DNA of 64,000 bases from a virus, in IMG/VR virus record IMGVR_UViG_3300030430_005376, positions 64,001-128,000 of that record. One strand, 5' to 3'. Each line of letters begins with the position of its first letter. Positions within the stretch are counted from its first letter, which is position 1. The notes under the pieces are model-generated. The model searched no databases, was not told where the DNA came from, and was given only the letters and a program-made list of their open reading frames with translations. This document shows positions 10,601 to 18,871 of this stretch, one piece after another. Both the position numbers and the translations under genes were made by a program.

Positions 10601-11274
10601 AAGTTATCTTTTTCATCTATTTCTGATCCAAAAGGTAATGTTTCACTAGCATAACTATTGTCAACATTAAACCTGTTGTTTCTTTTTAGAGCCTCAATAG
10701 ATGCAGCAACAAGAAAGTCTTTTGGGTCGCTAGCTTCTTCAGGGATTAAAACTTTGCCCAACAAGTCATTTGCAGTTCTAGGACCGCCAGGTTGGCCGTC
10801 TCCTCTCTCTGCACCGTCAATTTTACTTATGAGTTGATCAAGCTCGTCAACTGGAGACGCAGCTGTTCCAGTTGAAGGATCGTCAAAATATCCGGTGTTG
10901 CTGTAACTCGACAACATTGAATCTTGAACAGATCCTTGTGTCACGAAAGGCTGACCTAAGATAAAGCCACTAGGATCTTGCAGAGGCTCTCCTCTTTTAC
11001 CTGCATATGTTTCATTGTTGCCTCTTCCAAAGACATAGAGGTTTTCTTCTCTCTCAGAGATAAAGTTTAAGAACCTGCCTGTGAGGCCAGCGTCAGCGTC
11101 AGCTGCATCAAACCCAATTAGAGGTTGCCCGGTATTTGTCTCAAGTCCTAATCCTGAACTATCACCAAACGCGGCCACACCGTCAACAGTATAGCTAACC
11201 ATACCTTCAGGATTTTCAAACCCGGCAGGTAAAGTTTCACCTCTTAAAAAATCTTTGAAAGTTTCTCTTGCCAT
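7663..11274 (-). CDS. Tail tube initiator / baseplate protein (gp48/gp54, CIS-tube-like domain) with large extensions
   Basis: VPFYFHDLRTNEIIAFHAFLKQLSDTITPSY...GRMDPVQTYQGTTRSLQLGFTV is a tube-initiator-like segment; sits between tape measure and LysM. Confidence 0.65.
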   Translation of the reverse strand: MARETFKDFLRGETLPAGFENPEGMVSYTVDGVAAFGDSSGLGLETNTGQPLIGFDAADADAGLTGRFLNFISEREENLYVFGRGNNETYAGKRGEPLQDPSGFILGQPFVTQGSVQDSMLSSYSNTGYFDDPSTGTAASPVDELDQLISKIDGAERGDGQPGGPRTANDLLGKVLIPEEASDPKDFLVAASIEALKRNNRFNVDNSYASETLPFGSEIDEKDNLTIPGYSGPDVGNDGRRDQRITTDVSFDQLKNIGSSLLLRATGYDVRDVPGGDLSFVESTLQNIAAGDLEEARDVQKKVMTRLLSMNATGFPALGASFGEESVRAGTGINLDYEEENSKNSSSFGSSYNSAIRFGDYSRAQRLKTAFRLIAVVSAAKTLFETITEELNVAEFKSISESIPKIATLTDKAQAGKLILGQSRKSTRFVAKNYFLTNVLSVTDFNYLDCFNEGLLSMFGNKEDQDLSETNLTKNSTSKGRQERRLDFSDAPGFWHAVSNSILNSVNSFTESLENVGAPNNGDTESEKIAISKILNENDKILRVINVIATIGEKSLHSKNAVKQDDRKNVDLVRDPDSLPNLPGHRVGKSRIGKQPDSNPTMGSETTLAWEQSSVPSTYLLPLNIIRSVQLLNNTFSGQNPMHGMLGSRMVRNTYTGLDTNGTNARIPNRVVKIIEDRLDSEYVPFYFHDLRTNEIIAFHAFLKQLSDTITPSYGQTRSFGRMDPVQTYQGTTRSLQLGFTVYATNREDFDEMWYKINKLVTLLYPQWTKGTFVGSLSDESQFYQPFTQVVGASPVIRLRVGDIIKSNYSRFNLARTFGIGDPEVSAKVISDQFINLQTEFAGQGFFKVVDAIKEAVILLFAAVLGSPQGLIELLSVDAQGIDSVLGRAAALGASDAAASALATVLVNGYANPLLTSQIINVLKDPNVSGENAGAKFKKGFNYLNPNFIDGYFCEDDGKNYFTTKRLIVDVDKTINNTDGKIFYRAKVKDKTAGDALFDKVLIVSHESILNSPLRTFSSSLAGIIFGAGSLDAAGALSLAARSAFGDGSAPEALNGTINFATSFVNLLIENKESTFMRPEVNPFTKAFETTRGRGLAGVMKNISFNWLEDNIPWETDFNARAPIGCDITFQFDVIHDIPPGIDHTGYNRAPLYNVGEIMRSVAGDPYEEAISESEINFRKAGKTGIYKSGNQHRVLGDKKGKK

Positions 11275-11492
11275 CCGAGTTCCTTAATCTGTTCTTTGAA
11301 CAACTGACCTGCTCTTTTTCTTCTGACAGGATCGCTTGATATACTTTCCACGCTTTCAAATAAAGGTTCAAGCTCTTTCACGACCTCATCTAAGTAAATA
11401 TTAATCTCTTCAATTTCTTTTTCAGACATACCTTCGCAAAAAGCATCTTTTTGCCTTGCGAGTTCATCAATAATTTCTTGGTAGTGTTTCAT
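11244..11492 (-). CDS. Hypothetical small helical protein
   Basis: 82-aa ORF filling the gap between tape measure and tube initiator; charged, helical. Confidence 0.6.
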   Translation of the reverse strand: MKHYQEIIDELARQKDAFCEGMSEKEIEEINIYLDEVVKELEPLFESVESISSDPVRRKRAGQLFKEQIKELGWQEKLSKIF

Positions 11493-11499
11493 ATTTTTC

Positions 11500-13725
11500 C
11501 TAAGAAGTCTTTACGTAAGCAAATGATCGATTATCTGATGTTCTTGTTGAAGGTTGAAGCAAGACTTCAGCAAGCATTTTCTTGTCAATTTCAAGTGTCA
11601 CGTTAGTTGTCTGATCTATGTTTTCCATGCCATTTTGAATTGCATCTACAATTGCGACCTTAATCTCTTCAATTACTTCTGTCATAGAAAATTCTTCTTC
11701 ATTTTCAGTAGCTAAATTTTTAGACAATTCTTCTAGCGCATTAATTTCTTCATTTAAGTTTACGTCAGCAGACAAAACAGTGTTGATTTCTTCAGGGGCG
11801 AGTCCCATCAAGTCTACGAGTGCTCCTTCCTGGGCACGTGTAAGTGCGTCTATTTCTAGGTTCTGTTCAGCAAGATAAGTTTTTAGAAACTCGCTTCCTT
11901 CTCCAACAGGTTTAAATACTTTAGGTAGCGATGCAGGTGACCATGACTCACTAGTCACATCGTACAAATCTTCATAACCTTCTTTGTAGGGGTCAGATAT
12001 GAACGGAGCAGTTTCTTGCATGTATCCAACAAGATATTTAGTGCCTTCTTCAATTGGTCTGTAAATTTTAGGCATCGATCTTGGCGAAAACAGATCTTGA
12101 ATAAACTCAAACAGTTTATTTATTGCTTTTTCTGTCCCACCTGTCACAGAATTGATTGATTTCTCGAGAGATCCAAGCATCTTCTCGCCAGCCTCAATAC
12201 CTTTTGCTACTGTTGACAATTCTGTTTGAATAGCTCCTTCGACACCTGCTGTGTACGTTTTAAAGCTGCCCTTTGTTGCCTCGTTGAGCACTTTACCAAA
12301 TGCTGATTGGTTACCAAGCGATTTTATCACTTCGCCAGAATAGCCTGCCATGGCTTCTGAGTGTTTGTTAATCTGAGATGCGATCGTAAGGAATCTTTGA
12401 TCTTCTGCGATTTGAGCTAGTCGTTCACTTGACCTCTGGTACTTGAGAGTCGTCTGGTCTAGAGTTTTTTCTCTATCTTCCTGCGTTTGAGTTGCTGCTT
12501 CTCCGGACGCCTTAAGCATGTCTGCTTGACTAGTTAAGGTGTTGTTAGCGTTCATTAGCGTCTTGAGCTCGCTCATCGGTACGCCTATCGCCTGAGAGAG
12601 TGCTCTCTGTTTTGTATTTGACATCGTCTCAAAATCTTGACCTTGGGCTAAAAGATCCTCTCTGAGCCTTCTTGCAAATTCTTCTTCGTCTTCATTGGCT
12701 AGGTACATGTACTCTTGAGCATCGATTTGAATATCAAAAAGAGAACTCAGCAGATTTGCTTTTTCAACAGCACCCCCAAAGTCTCTAAATCCTGACACAA
12801 CATTTTGGAATGTTCCGGTCTGCATACCTACTTCTTTAAGAGAAGCAGCTAATCGAGTAGCGCCAGCAACACCAATATTAGTGAAGAAGTCCATGTTCTT
12901 CACAAGTTTAGTTGTGTCATCAAGAAGATCTTGCATTGTCACACCAACTTCTCTACCTACCATTTCTGCGTGACTTACAAGATCATCAAGAATCTCTGTG
13001 CTGACTTTTCCTGTCTGTGCAAACTGAACATTGATTAACTCTGCAACACCTTCAGCTTCAATTCCTGTTGCTTTTGAAAATTTGACAACGTCTTTCATGT
13101 TGTCACCAGTTATTTGCTTCACTGCCTGGACGTTTTGGTTTGACAATGCTGAAGAGAAATTTTGGAAATCTTCTACTAGGTCAGCTAAGTTACCAGAAGT
13201 TATCTGCATCATATCGCCGCCAGCATTAAAGTCGTCTCTTAAAGATGCAAATATCTGTAATTGACTTTTAGCAAACTCATTTGTAATACTCGAAAAATCA
13301 ACTTCTGCAGACATATCCTCTATGTCTTTAAGTCCTGCACCAAATGTTTGAATGAGACCGCGGTTCATTCTGGACATCTCGTTGTTTTGCAAGTTTGCGG
13401 CGTTATCAAAAGCTGCCTTGTTGACGGCTATCATCTGTGCACCGAGACCTATGACCTTGTTCATTATCACATTTGCTTGTGCGTCAACTTGAGCCGCAGG
13501 TACTGTCAGAGTATCTGATAAAGGCGTGAGTCCTTCAGGTGCACCACCTGCGTCACCAGTTCCGCCTAAACGAGTTCTGGGTGGCGGCGGAGACTCATCA
13601 ATTCCTCCGCGGCGGCCTCTTGCCCCAGCACCTCTTCCTGAAGAAAAATAGTCGTCAAAACCCCTTCTGATGCCTTTAGAAATAGCTTCAGTAAGATCTG
13701 CCATGTCTGAGCTGTCTAGAGCCAT
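11500..13725 (-). CDS. Tape measure protein
   Basis: Long Ala/Gly/Gln-rich helical protein following the tail chaperone genes; AGGAG SD. Confidence 0.7.
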   Translation of the reverse strand: MALDSSDMADLTEAISKGIRRGFDDYFSSGRGAGARGRRGGIDESPPPPRTRLGGTGDAGGAPEGLTPLSDTLTVPAAQVDAQANVIMNKVIGLGAQMIAVNKAAFDNAANLQNNEMSRMNRGLIQTFGAGLKDIEDMSAEVDFSSITNEFAKSQLQIFASLRDDFNAGGDMMQITSGNLADLVEDFQNFSSALSNQNVQAVKQITGDNMKDVVKFSKATGIEAEGVAELINVQFAQTGKVSTEILDDLVSHAEMVGREVGVTMQDLLDDTTKLVKNMDFFTNIGVAGATRLAASLKEVGMQTGTFQNVVSGFRDFGGAVEKANLLSSLFDIQIDAQEYMYLANEDEEEFARRLREDLLAQGQDFETMSNTKQRALSQAIGVPMSELKTLMNANNTLTSQADMLKASGEAATQTQEDREKTLDQTTLKYQRSSERLAQIAEDQRFLTIASQINKHSEAMAGYSGEVIKSLGNQSAFGKVLNEATKGSFKTYTAGVEGAIQTELSTVAKGIEAGEKMLGSLEKSINSVTGGTEKAINKLFEFIQDLFSPRSMPKIYRPIEEGTKYLVGYMQETAPFISDPYKEGYEDLYDVTSESWSPASLPKVFKPVGEGSEFLKTYLAEQNLEIDALTRAQEGALVDLMGLAPEEINTVLSADVNLNEEINALEELSKNLATENEEEFSMTEVIEEIKVAIVDAIQNGMENIDQTTNVTLEIDKKMLAEVLLQPSTRTSDNRSFAYVKTS

Positions 13726-13740
13726 GTTTTCTCCTATTTT

Positions 13741-13748
13741 TAAATAGG
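13741..13748 (-). promoter_or_regulatory. Putative late-promoter motif (C/A)TAnnTA, here CCTATTTA, upstream of tape measure
   Basis: The same motif recurs just upstream of many structural genes (see findings). Confidence 0.45.
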
Positions 13749-13753
13749 TCTAC

Positions 13754-13945
13754 TTAAATTTTTTGATTAATCATTTTTTCAAACTTGTCTAAGCTTGACA
13801 TGTCAGGTGAAGATTGAGAATTACTTGATCTGTTTTCCATTGCTTTTTTCTTGTCTTCAAAATGTTTTGACAGTCGTTTTACGTACCATGTTCTGTATCG
13901 AACTGGTAATCTTCGCAATTCTGTGTATGACATACCCAGGTGCAT
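13754..13945 (-). CDS. C-terminal (frameshift-extension) part of tail assembly chaperone
   Basis: Frame is open upstream to about 14014 (FFGPVHNWREAFLEECFLLQ-MHLGMSY...), overlapping the end of 13986..14816 at a T7 run; no SD before ATG 13945. Confidence 0.7.
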   Translation of the reverse strand: MHLGMSYTELRRLPVRYRTWYVKRLSKHFEDKKKAMENRSSNSQSSPDMSSLDKFEKMINQKI

Positions 13946-13985
13946 CTGGAGCAGGAAGCACTCTTCTAAGAATGCTTCTCTCCAG

Positions 13986-14816
13986 TTATGTACTGGGCCA
14001 AAAAAACTCTGTAGTTATAGGAAGCGATATGTCACTAACTGTGCCGCAATTTTGGCATGTCATGCTATGCTTCATATTGATACCTGGTTCGTTTTCAACA
14101 ATAAACGCTCTCAACTTTTTTGAGTCAAAAGCTGGCATATTCTTAATAAAGTGCTTAATTTTGAGTCTGTCTCTAATACCATCAACTGATGTGATTGTGC
14201 TTTCTAAGTAAGAAGTTATGTTGTTTTCTATCTTTGAACCTAGCGCTTTCGTTTTGTTTTTGCTTTCTATCCCTCTTCTTCTTTCCTCGCCGCCTGTCAA
14301 GTATTTAAAAGTTACTTTCTTCTTTGTCACAGGTAGAATATATTCAAAATCGTTAGTACCTGGCGCTGTTGGTTCTATTTTAAGCCTATTAATTTCAAGA
14401 GAAGATAAATCTGCTTCAAATTTATTGTTATGCCCACAGTTAGGACATGATGAAGAAGCCTTATAAGAAGGTCCGTATCCGGTGACTCTAATGCCTACCA
14501 TTAAAGAAATTCTATCTCCAAGTATTAGATCTTCTGGGTTTATTGATTTATCAACAAGACATGACTTAATCAATTGTGAGATAACTGTGCCTTCTTTATG
14601 AAATGCGGGTGAAGCAAGAATATCTTCTTCATGAGCAGTCATTGACTTAATTTTCAGTGTTTCTCTATTGTACAAAACTGAGTCTGGATTGTATAGTGAA
14701 CCACGTGAAGGAAGAGGAATAGCTTCGACTGGCACCTCCCATCCGAAATCTTCCTTCATAATATTTTGACGCATCATACCGTCGGGTGTTTCACCCATTA
14801 ACTCTGTTTTTGACAT
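13986..14816 (-). CDS. Tail assembly chaperone / T4 gp26-like baseplate hub assembly protein
   Basis: IPLPSRG, KSMTAHEEDIL, CPNC and CQNC motifs, C-terminal EFFWP; located between tube and tape measure. Confidence 0.8.
   Translation of the reverse strand: MSKTELMGETPDGMMRQNIMKEDFGWEVPVEAIPLPSRGSLYNPDSVLYNRETLKIKSMTAHEEDILASPAFHKEGTVISQLIKSCLVDKSINPEDLILGDRISLMVGIRVTGYGPSYKASSSCPNCGHNNKFEADLSSLEINRLKIEPTAPGTNDFEYILPVTKKKVTFKYLTGGEERRRGIESKNKTKALGSKIENNITSYLESTITSVDGIRDRLKIKHFIKNMPAFDSKKLRAFIVENEPGINMKHSMTCQNCGTVSDISLPITTEFFWPST
14000..14006 (-). other. Candidate programmed +1/-2 frameshift site (GAG TTT TTT TGG)
   Basis: Seven T on the minus strand; a shift from Phe-Phe-Trp to Phe-Phe-Gly joins the two chaperone ORFs; position matches lambda G/GT-type chaperones. 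Confidence 0.65.
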
Positions 14817-14827
14817 ACTTACTCCAT

Positions 14828-14859
14828 AAAAAAGCGATCGTACTAAATATACGATCGCT
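14828..14859 (-). terminator. Rho-independent terminator after tail tube gene
   Basis: 10-bp stem AGCGATCGTA/TACGATCGCT, 7-nt loop TATTTAG, followed by a T run on the minus strand. Confidence 0.8.
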
Positions 14860-14886
14860 CAGTATGTCAGTAAAACTATTTTTAAA

Positions 14887-15375
14887 TCAGAATTGCAGGA
14901 CGCAGTTATCAAACTTAATTGTCATGTCAATCATCTGAACATCATCACTGTTGTAATCAAGTGTCTGAAAATTGATGTTTGTGAGCAAGCAACCTTTAAT
15001 GTCCCAGAGCTCAACAACTGTACCAATTGGATCTAGCATCTTAAGCTGAATGTCTCTCTTATAAAAGTCAGCGTATCCTGCGCGACCAGAAACAGACTCG
15101 TAGTGAGTTCTAATCCATTCCATAACCTGCTGAGCACCTGAGGGAGCGATCGGATCGTGTATGGTAACAGATAAATCGCCAAACTCAAGCTTACCTGATA
15201 CTCGACGATAACTGTTGATAAAGTCTATTTTCTTATCTGTAAGCGTAATTGTAGGTCTGTTTGCCTTGGCAATTAAGAATGCGTCAATGCCTTCAATTGC
15301 AAGAACCCACCGATAATTTCTTTTAGGCTCAAATTTGTTTGGTAACATATCTGTGACTGATAGTGTTTCTGCCAT
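14887..15375 (-). CDS. Tail tube protein (T4 gp19-like)
   Basis: FEPKRNYRWVLAIEGI, DPIAPSGAQQVMEW, YKRDIQLKMLDPIGTVVELW; immediately downstream of the sheath genes. Confidence 0.9.
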   Translation of the reverse strand: MAETLSVTDMLPNKFEPKRNYRWVLAIEGIDAFLIAKANRPTITLTDKKIDFINSYRRVSGKLEFGDLSVTIHDPIAPSGAQQVMEWIRTHYESVSGRAGYADFYKRDIQLKMLDPIGTVVELWDIKGCLLTNINFQTLDYNSDDVQMIDMTIKFDNCVLQF

Positions 15376-15406
15376 TTATAACTCCTCAATATAATATATA
15401 GGTTTT

Positions 15407-18400
15407 CTAGATAGTTGTTCCAGCATTTGTCACAACAAAGTCGAGAGCAACAAACTCGATAGCTCTTGTAGGCTGCAAGAAGATTTTTCCTCTAATCGTG
15501 TTGTTTTCAACATCTGCTTGGGTTGTTGTTGTTGTGTCGATTATCACTCTGAACCTATCAACACCTTGTTTCTCTTGAACTGATTGAAGAATTGGGTTGA
15601 CAAGACGTGAGAATCTGTCAAGTGTTTCTGATCTGTTAGGTTCGAACAGAAGCGTGTTTGCAACGCCGCGGACCTTCCTTCTAACATCTATGAGTAATCT
15701 TCTGATGTTGACTCTATCGAGTGCAGAATTAGCTGCAAGTAGTGTCTTCTGTCCCCATATTGCTAGAGGTCTTCCTGGATATTGAGCCAGTGGGTTAATG
15801 TCTGCATCATAGAGATCATCAAGGTTTGTTCTGTTCAAACTAACGCTTGTACTTTCTACAGCGTTTAGTGCACCACGTGTAAAGCCAGCTGGAGCAAACC
15901 AAGGATGCCCTATTCTATCGTTAAGAGAGAAAGCACCAATTGTCACAACTGACGGTGGAACAGAGACAAGTGCACGAGTGTCGGGGTCGGTAACTGTTAC
16001 GTCAGGGAAGTAAGCAGCTGCAAACGATGAATCAAGTGCTCTGTTCTTAAAAGCAGTAACTGTGTTTGCGACGTGAGGATTTTGAACAGAAGAAGTAATG
16101 ACAGAGTTGAACTGGTCTCTCTCTTCAATATCCATAATGAGCATTGCATCAAATCTATTTTCCATAGCGTCAATTGCAAAGTCTGTGACAGACGAGTGAC
16201 GAATCCCTGGTACTGTGAGAAGTTGGATATCTACGTCAGACGTTGAAGCCATGATGTCAATAGCTTTTCTGTAAGCAGCTACTGTAGGTCCTGCAGTACC
16301 GCCTTGGTTTGTAGAGTCATCAATTTCTCGCTTAGCAGCATTATTAGTTAAGTCACGCTTATCTTTGTTGAATATTTCAACACCATTGAAGCCGCCCTGC
16401 ATAGGAACTGTAAACTTAAGGTATTTTCTATTTCCGACTATTTTCAAGTCGTCCATGGTCAATCCTCTAGTTTTATTATCGTCGTTAGCAGATATTACTC
16501 CATTTCTAACGTATGATGCGCTTAACCACTGATCTGGGTCAGCAAAAGTATCTGATCCTGTTCTTACAAGAATCTTTTCTAAGCTGAATCTGTTGTTGTT
16601 AAAGCGATCACTGTCTAAAACTGCACCGTTCTGGTCGACAACACCTGGGTTGTTACCTACCGAGAAGTTAATTGCATCTTTTCTGTGATTAGGGAAGTGC
16701 TTGACAAAAGTAAACAGTGATTGGTCGAAAGGTGTATTGGCATTTGGCGTAGTTGAATTTTCAACTCTATTGGGTTGCATGCCCCAGTAGAGTGAAGAGT
16801 CCGATCTTTTGCTCAAACCCGTGCCTTGTGCGACTGTGCTTCTGTATGGGAAAGGAGGCTCAACAATTCGTTGATGTTGACCAGAATCAGTATCTAGATC
16901 GTGCCTAGCCATTTTAACACCATTAAGAAGACTACCTGAAGTAACCAAGTGGTTGGGCCCTCTATAACCCATAGGCAAAGCATCATCAGGGACTTCGTTC
17001 TTTTTCAAAGCATCAGAAATTTGAACTCTAATAAATCTAGATCTAACAGGGTGCGTACCATCCACTACTATTTTTTGTGATTCTGCATCAGCATCAAAAT
17101 TGTAAAGTATTTCTTGATCACCAATTGCTCTTCCGACAAAGCGAGAAGACCCCGGATCTAAAGATAGGCCTCTAAAAGACTCGAAAACTTTTCTTTCATC
17201 ATCAGTATCGTTAAAGTCTCTAACTAGCAGGTCAAATGTACCGTACTCGTCACTATCAGAAGTAGATTTTACTATGTTCTCTATTGATATTTTAAATCTA
17301 GAAGAAAGACCTTCACCTGCAGATAGTGCCTTAACTCTAAAAAGATTGTAGGGAACCGCACCGTAACCTTGCGATATTATAAAAGGTGTCATTGCATGCG
17401 AGAAACGATCTTCAAAAGATTCATACACAGGAACTGTCGAAGAAGGCGCGCCTTCGCCGGCGGCAACTCTTTCAACTGAAGAGGTGAGCAGCATAGCAAT
17501 TGGCTCCTCATCATTCTGATATTTTTCTGCAACCATAGCACCTGAACCTGTTACAGCTGCGATGTTTGGATGTATGTCGTAAGAGCCATAAAGGAAGTGA
17601 CCTTTTTCTTCTATTTTAAGCGGATCTGTGTTGAAAACATTAGCAAAGTAATTGTTTGCAGTCATGTCAAATGAAGCCGTTATTACTGTCGGACTAGCAG
17701 TGGTACCCTTGTAGCCGTTCATGAGCAACACAAAGTCTTGTGCACCTGCAGTTAACTTAACAGAACCAGACGTGAAACCTCTAACAGTTGAGGAATCTGC
17801 TGTGCTTGCCGGGGCACTGTTATCTACGCCGTTCTCGTTTCCACTTAAAGCTAAGACGACACCGCTTGGCGCAAGAAGAACACCACGAAGGATAGGTACA
17901 GCCCGAGGAGCTGTCACACCGCCAGACAGGCTTGATGCTGCAAGTGTGGCTGCAGAAGACTCTGCCAAGGCAATGCTGTTTCCTATTGCACCTATGGACA
18001 ATGCTGCTGTTAGTGTAATTGTCGTGGTTGTGGATCCTTCTGCTGCTGATAAGTTTGTTATACCTGACGTTGCAGCACCTGAGATGTTTGATCCGTACTT
18101 TACCTTTAAGGTATCAGATGACCCGTTAATTGCCAACACAATGTTATCGGTTTGTTGTGTTGTTGAACCACCTGCCATAGATACAAAGATTTGATTTGCA
18201 GTTGGTGTTCCGCCCATAGCATTTTTTATGACTATTTCAATTGTCTTGCTACTGTCTGCACCCATTCCAGCAGGAGTAGTTATCGTAATTGTTTCACCGT
18301 CTGAAAGACTACTTCCTATTGTAAGCGCATCTGTTAAAGAAGCAGCTGCTACAGCCTCTGGCGTAGTTTTCTGTATTCCAGCATCACTAAATATTGTCGA

Positions 18401-18844
18401 ACCATTCGACTCAGACATGAAGCATCCGAGGAAGTATGTCCGGCCATGGCCGGCTCCACCAGTGTTAGCAAACGGGTTGTTACCAACAATTCCGTTATCT
18501 TGAACAATTGATTGTCCTACGACGAAACCTGCGTTTGTAACGTTTCCTGTCGCTGAATCTCTCTTTTTTCCGTCACCGGCTCCTAAAACTCTGACGTAAG
18601 TTACAGCTTGCGCATTTTTTAACCATTCGTTAACCGCGATAGGTCCAAATTTTGTACCATCAGATGCACCATACGCTAACTTGAACTCACCGTAATTTGC
18701 AAAAGTAAGAGGCACGAAAGCAGGACCTTCGAGCGCCGTACCAACAATACCTGCAGGAACACCGGTAGGACCAGTAGGAGTAGGTCCAGAAAGATCTATT
18801 TCTCTTGTGCTTACACCTGCTGATTTAAAAGTTAATTCTGCCAT
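15407..18844 (-). CDS. Tail sheath protein 1 (gp18-like)
   Basis: N-terminal SAGVSTREIDL...GPAFVP; C-terminal WFAPAGFTRG, WGQKTL, DRVNIRRLL, LFEPN, PTRAIEFV. Confidence 0.95.
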   Translation of the reverse strand: MAELTFKSAGVSTREIDLSGPTPTGPTGVPAGIVGTALEGPAFVPLTFANYGEFKLAYGASDGTKFGPIAVNEWLKNAQAVTYVRVLGAGDGKKRDSATGNVTNAGFVVGQSIVQDNGIVGNNPFANTGGAGHGRTYFLGCFMSESNGSTIFSDAGIQKTTPEAVAAASLTDALTIGSSLSDGETITITTPAGMGADSSKTIEIVIKNAMGGTPTANQIFVSMAGGSTTQQTDNIVLAINGSSDTLKVKYGSNISGAATSGITNLSAAEGSTTTTITLTAALSIGAIGNSIALAESSAATLAASSLSGGVTAPRAVPILRGVLLAPSGVVLALSGNENGVDNSAPASTADSSTVRGFTSGSVKLTAGAQDFVLLMNGYKGTTASPTVITASFDMTANNYFANVFNTDPLKIEEKGHFLYGSYDIHPNIAAVTGSGAMVAEKYQNDEEPIAMLLTSSVERVAAGEGAPSSTVPVYESFEDRFSHAMTPFIISQGYGAVPYNLFRVKALSAGEGLSSRFKISIENIVKSTSDSDEYGTFDLLVRDFNDTDDERKVFESFRGLSLDPGSSRFVGRAIGDQEILYNFDADAESQKIVVDGTHPVRSRFIRVQISDALKKNEVPDDALPMGYRGPNHLVTSGSLLNGVKMARHDLDTDSGQHQRIVEPPFPYRSTVAQGTGLSKRSDSSLYWGMQPNRVENSTTPNANTPFDQSLFTFVKHFPNHRKDAINFSVGNNPGVVDQNGAVLDSDRFNNNRFSLEKILVRTGSDTFADPDQWLSASYVRNGVISANDDNKTRGLTMDDLKIVGNRKYLKFTVPMQGGFNGVEIFNKDKRDLTNNAAKREIDDSTNQGGTAGPTVAAYRKAIDIMASTSDVDIQLLTVPGIRHSSVTDFAIDAMENRFDAMLIMDIEERDQFNSVITSSVQNPHVANTVTAFKNRALDSSFAAAYFPDVTVTDPDTRALVSVPPSVVTIGAFSLNDRIGHPWFAPAGFTRGALNAVESTSVSLNRTNLDDLYDADINPLAQYPGRPLAIWGQKTLLAANSALDRVNIRRLLIDVRRKVRGVANTLLFEPNRSETLDRFSRLVNPILQSVQEKQGVDRFRVIIDTTTTTQADVENNTIRGKIFLQPTRAIEFVALDFVVTNAGTTI

Positions 18845-18871
18845 TTAGTTTCTCCATATATCCTTTTATAA

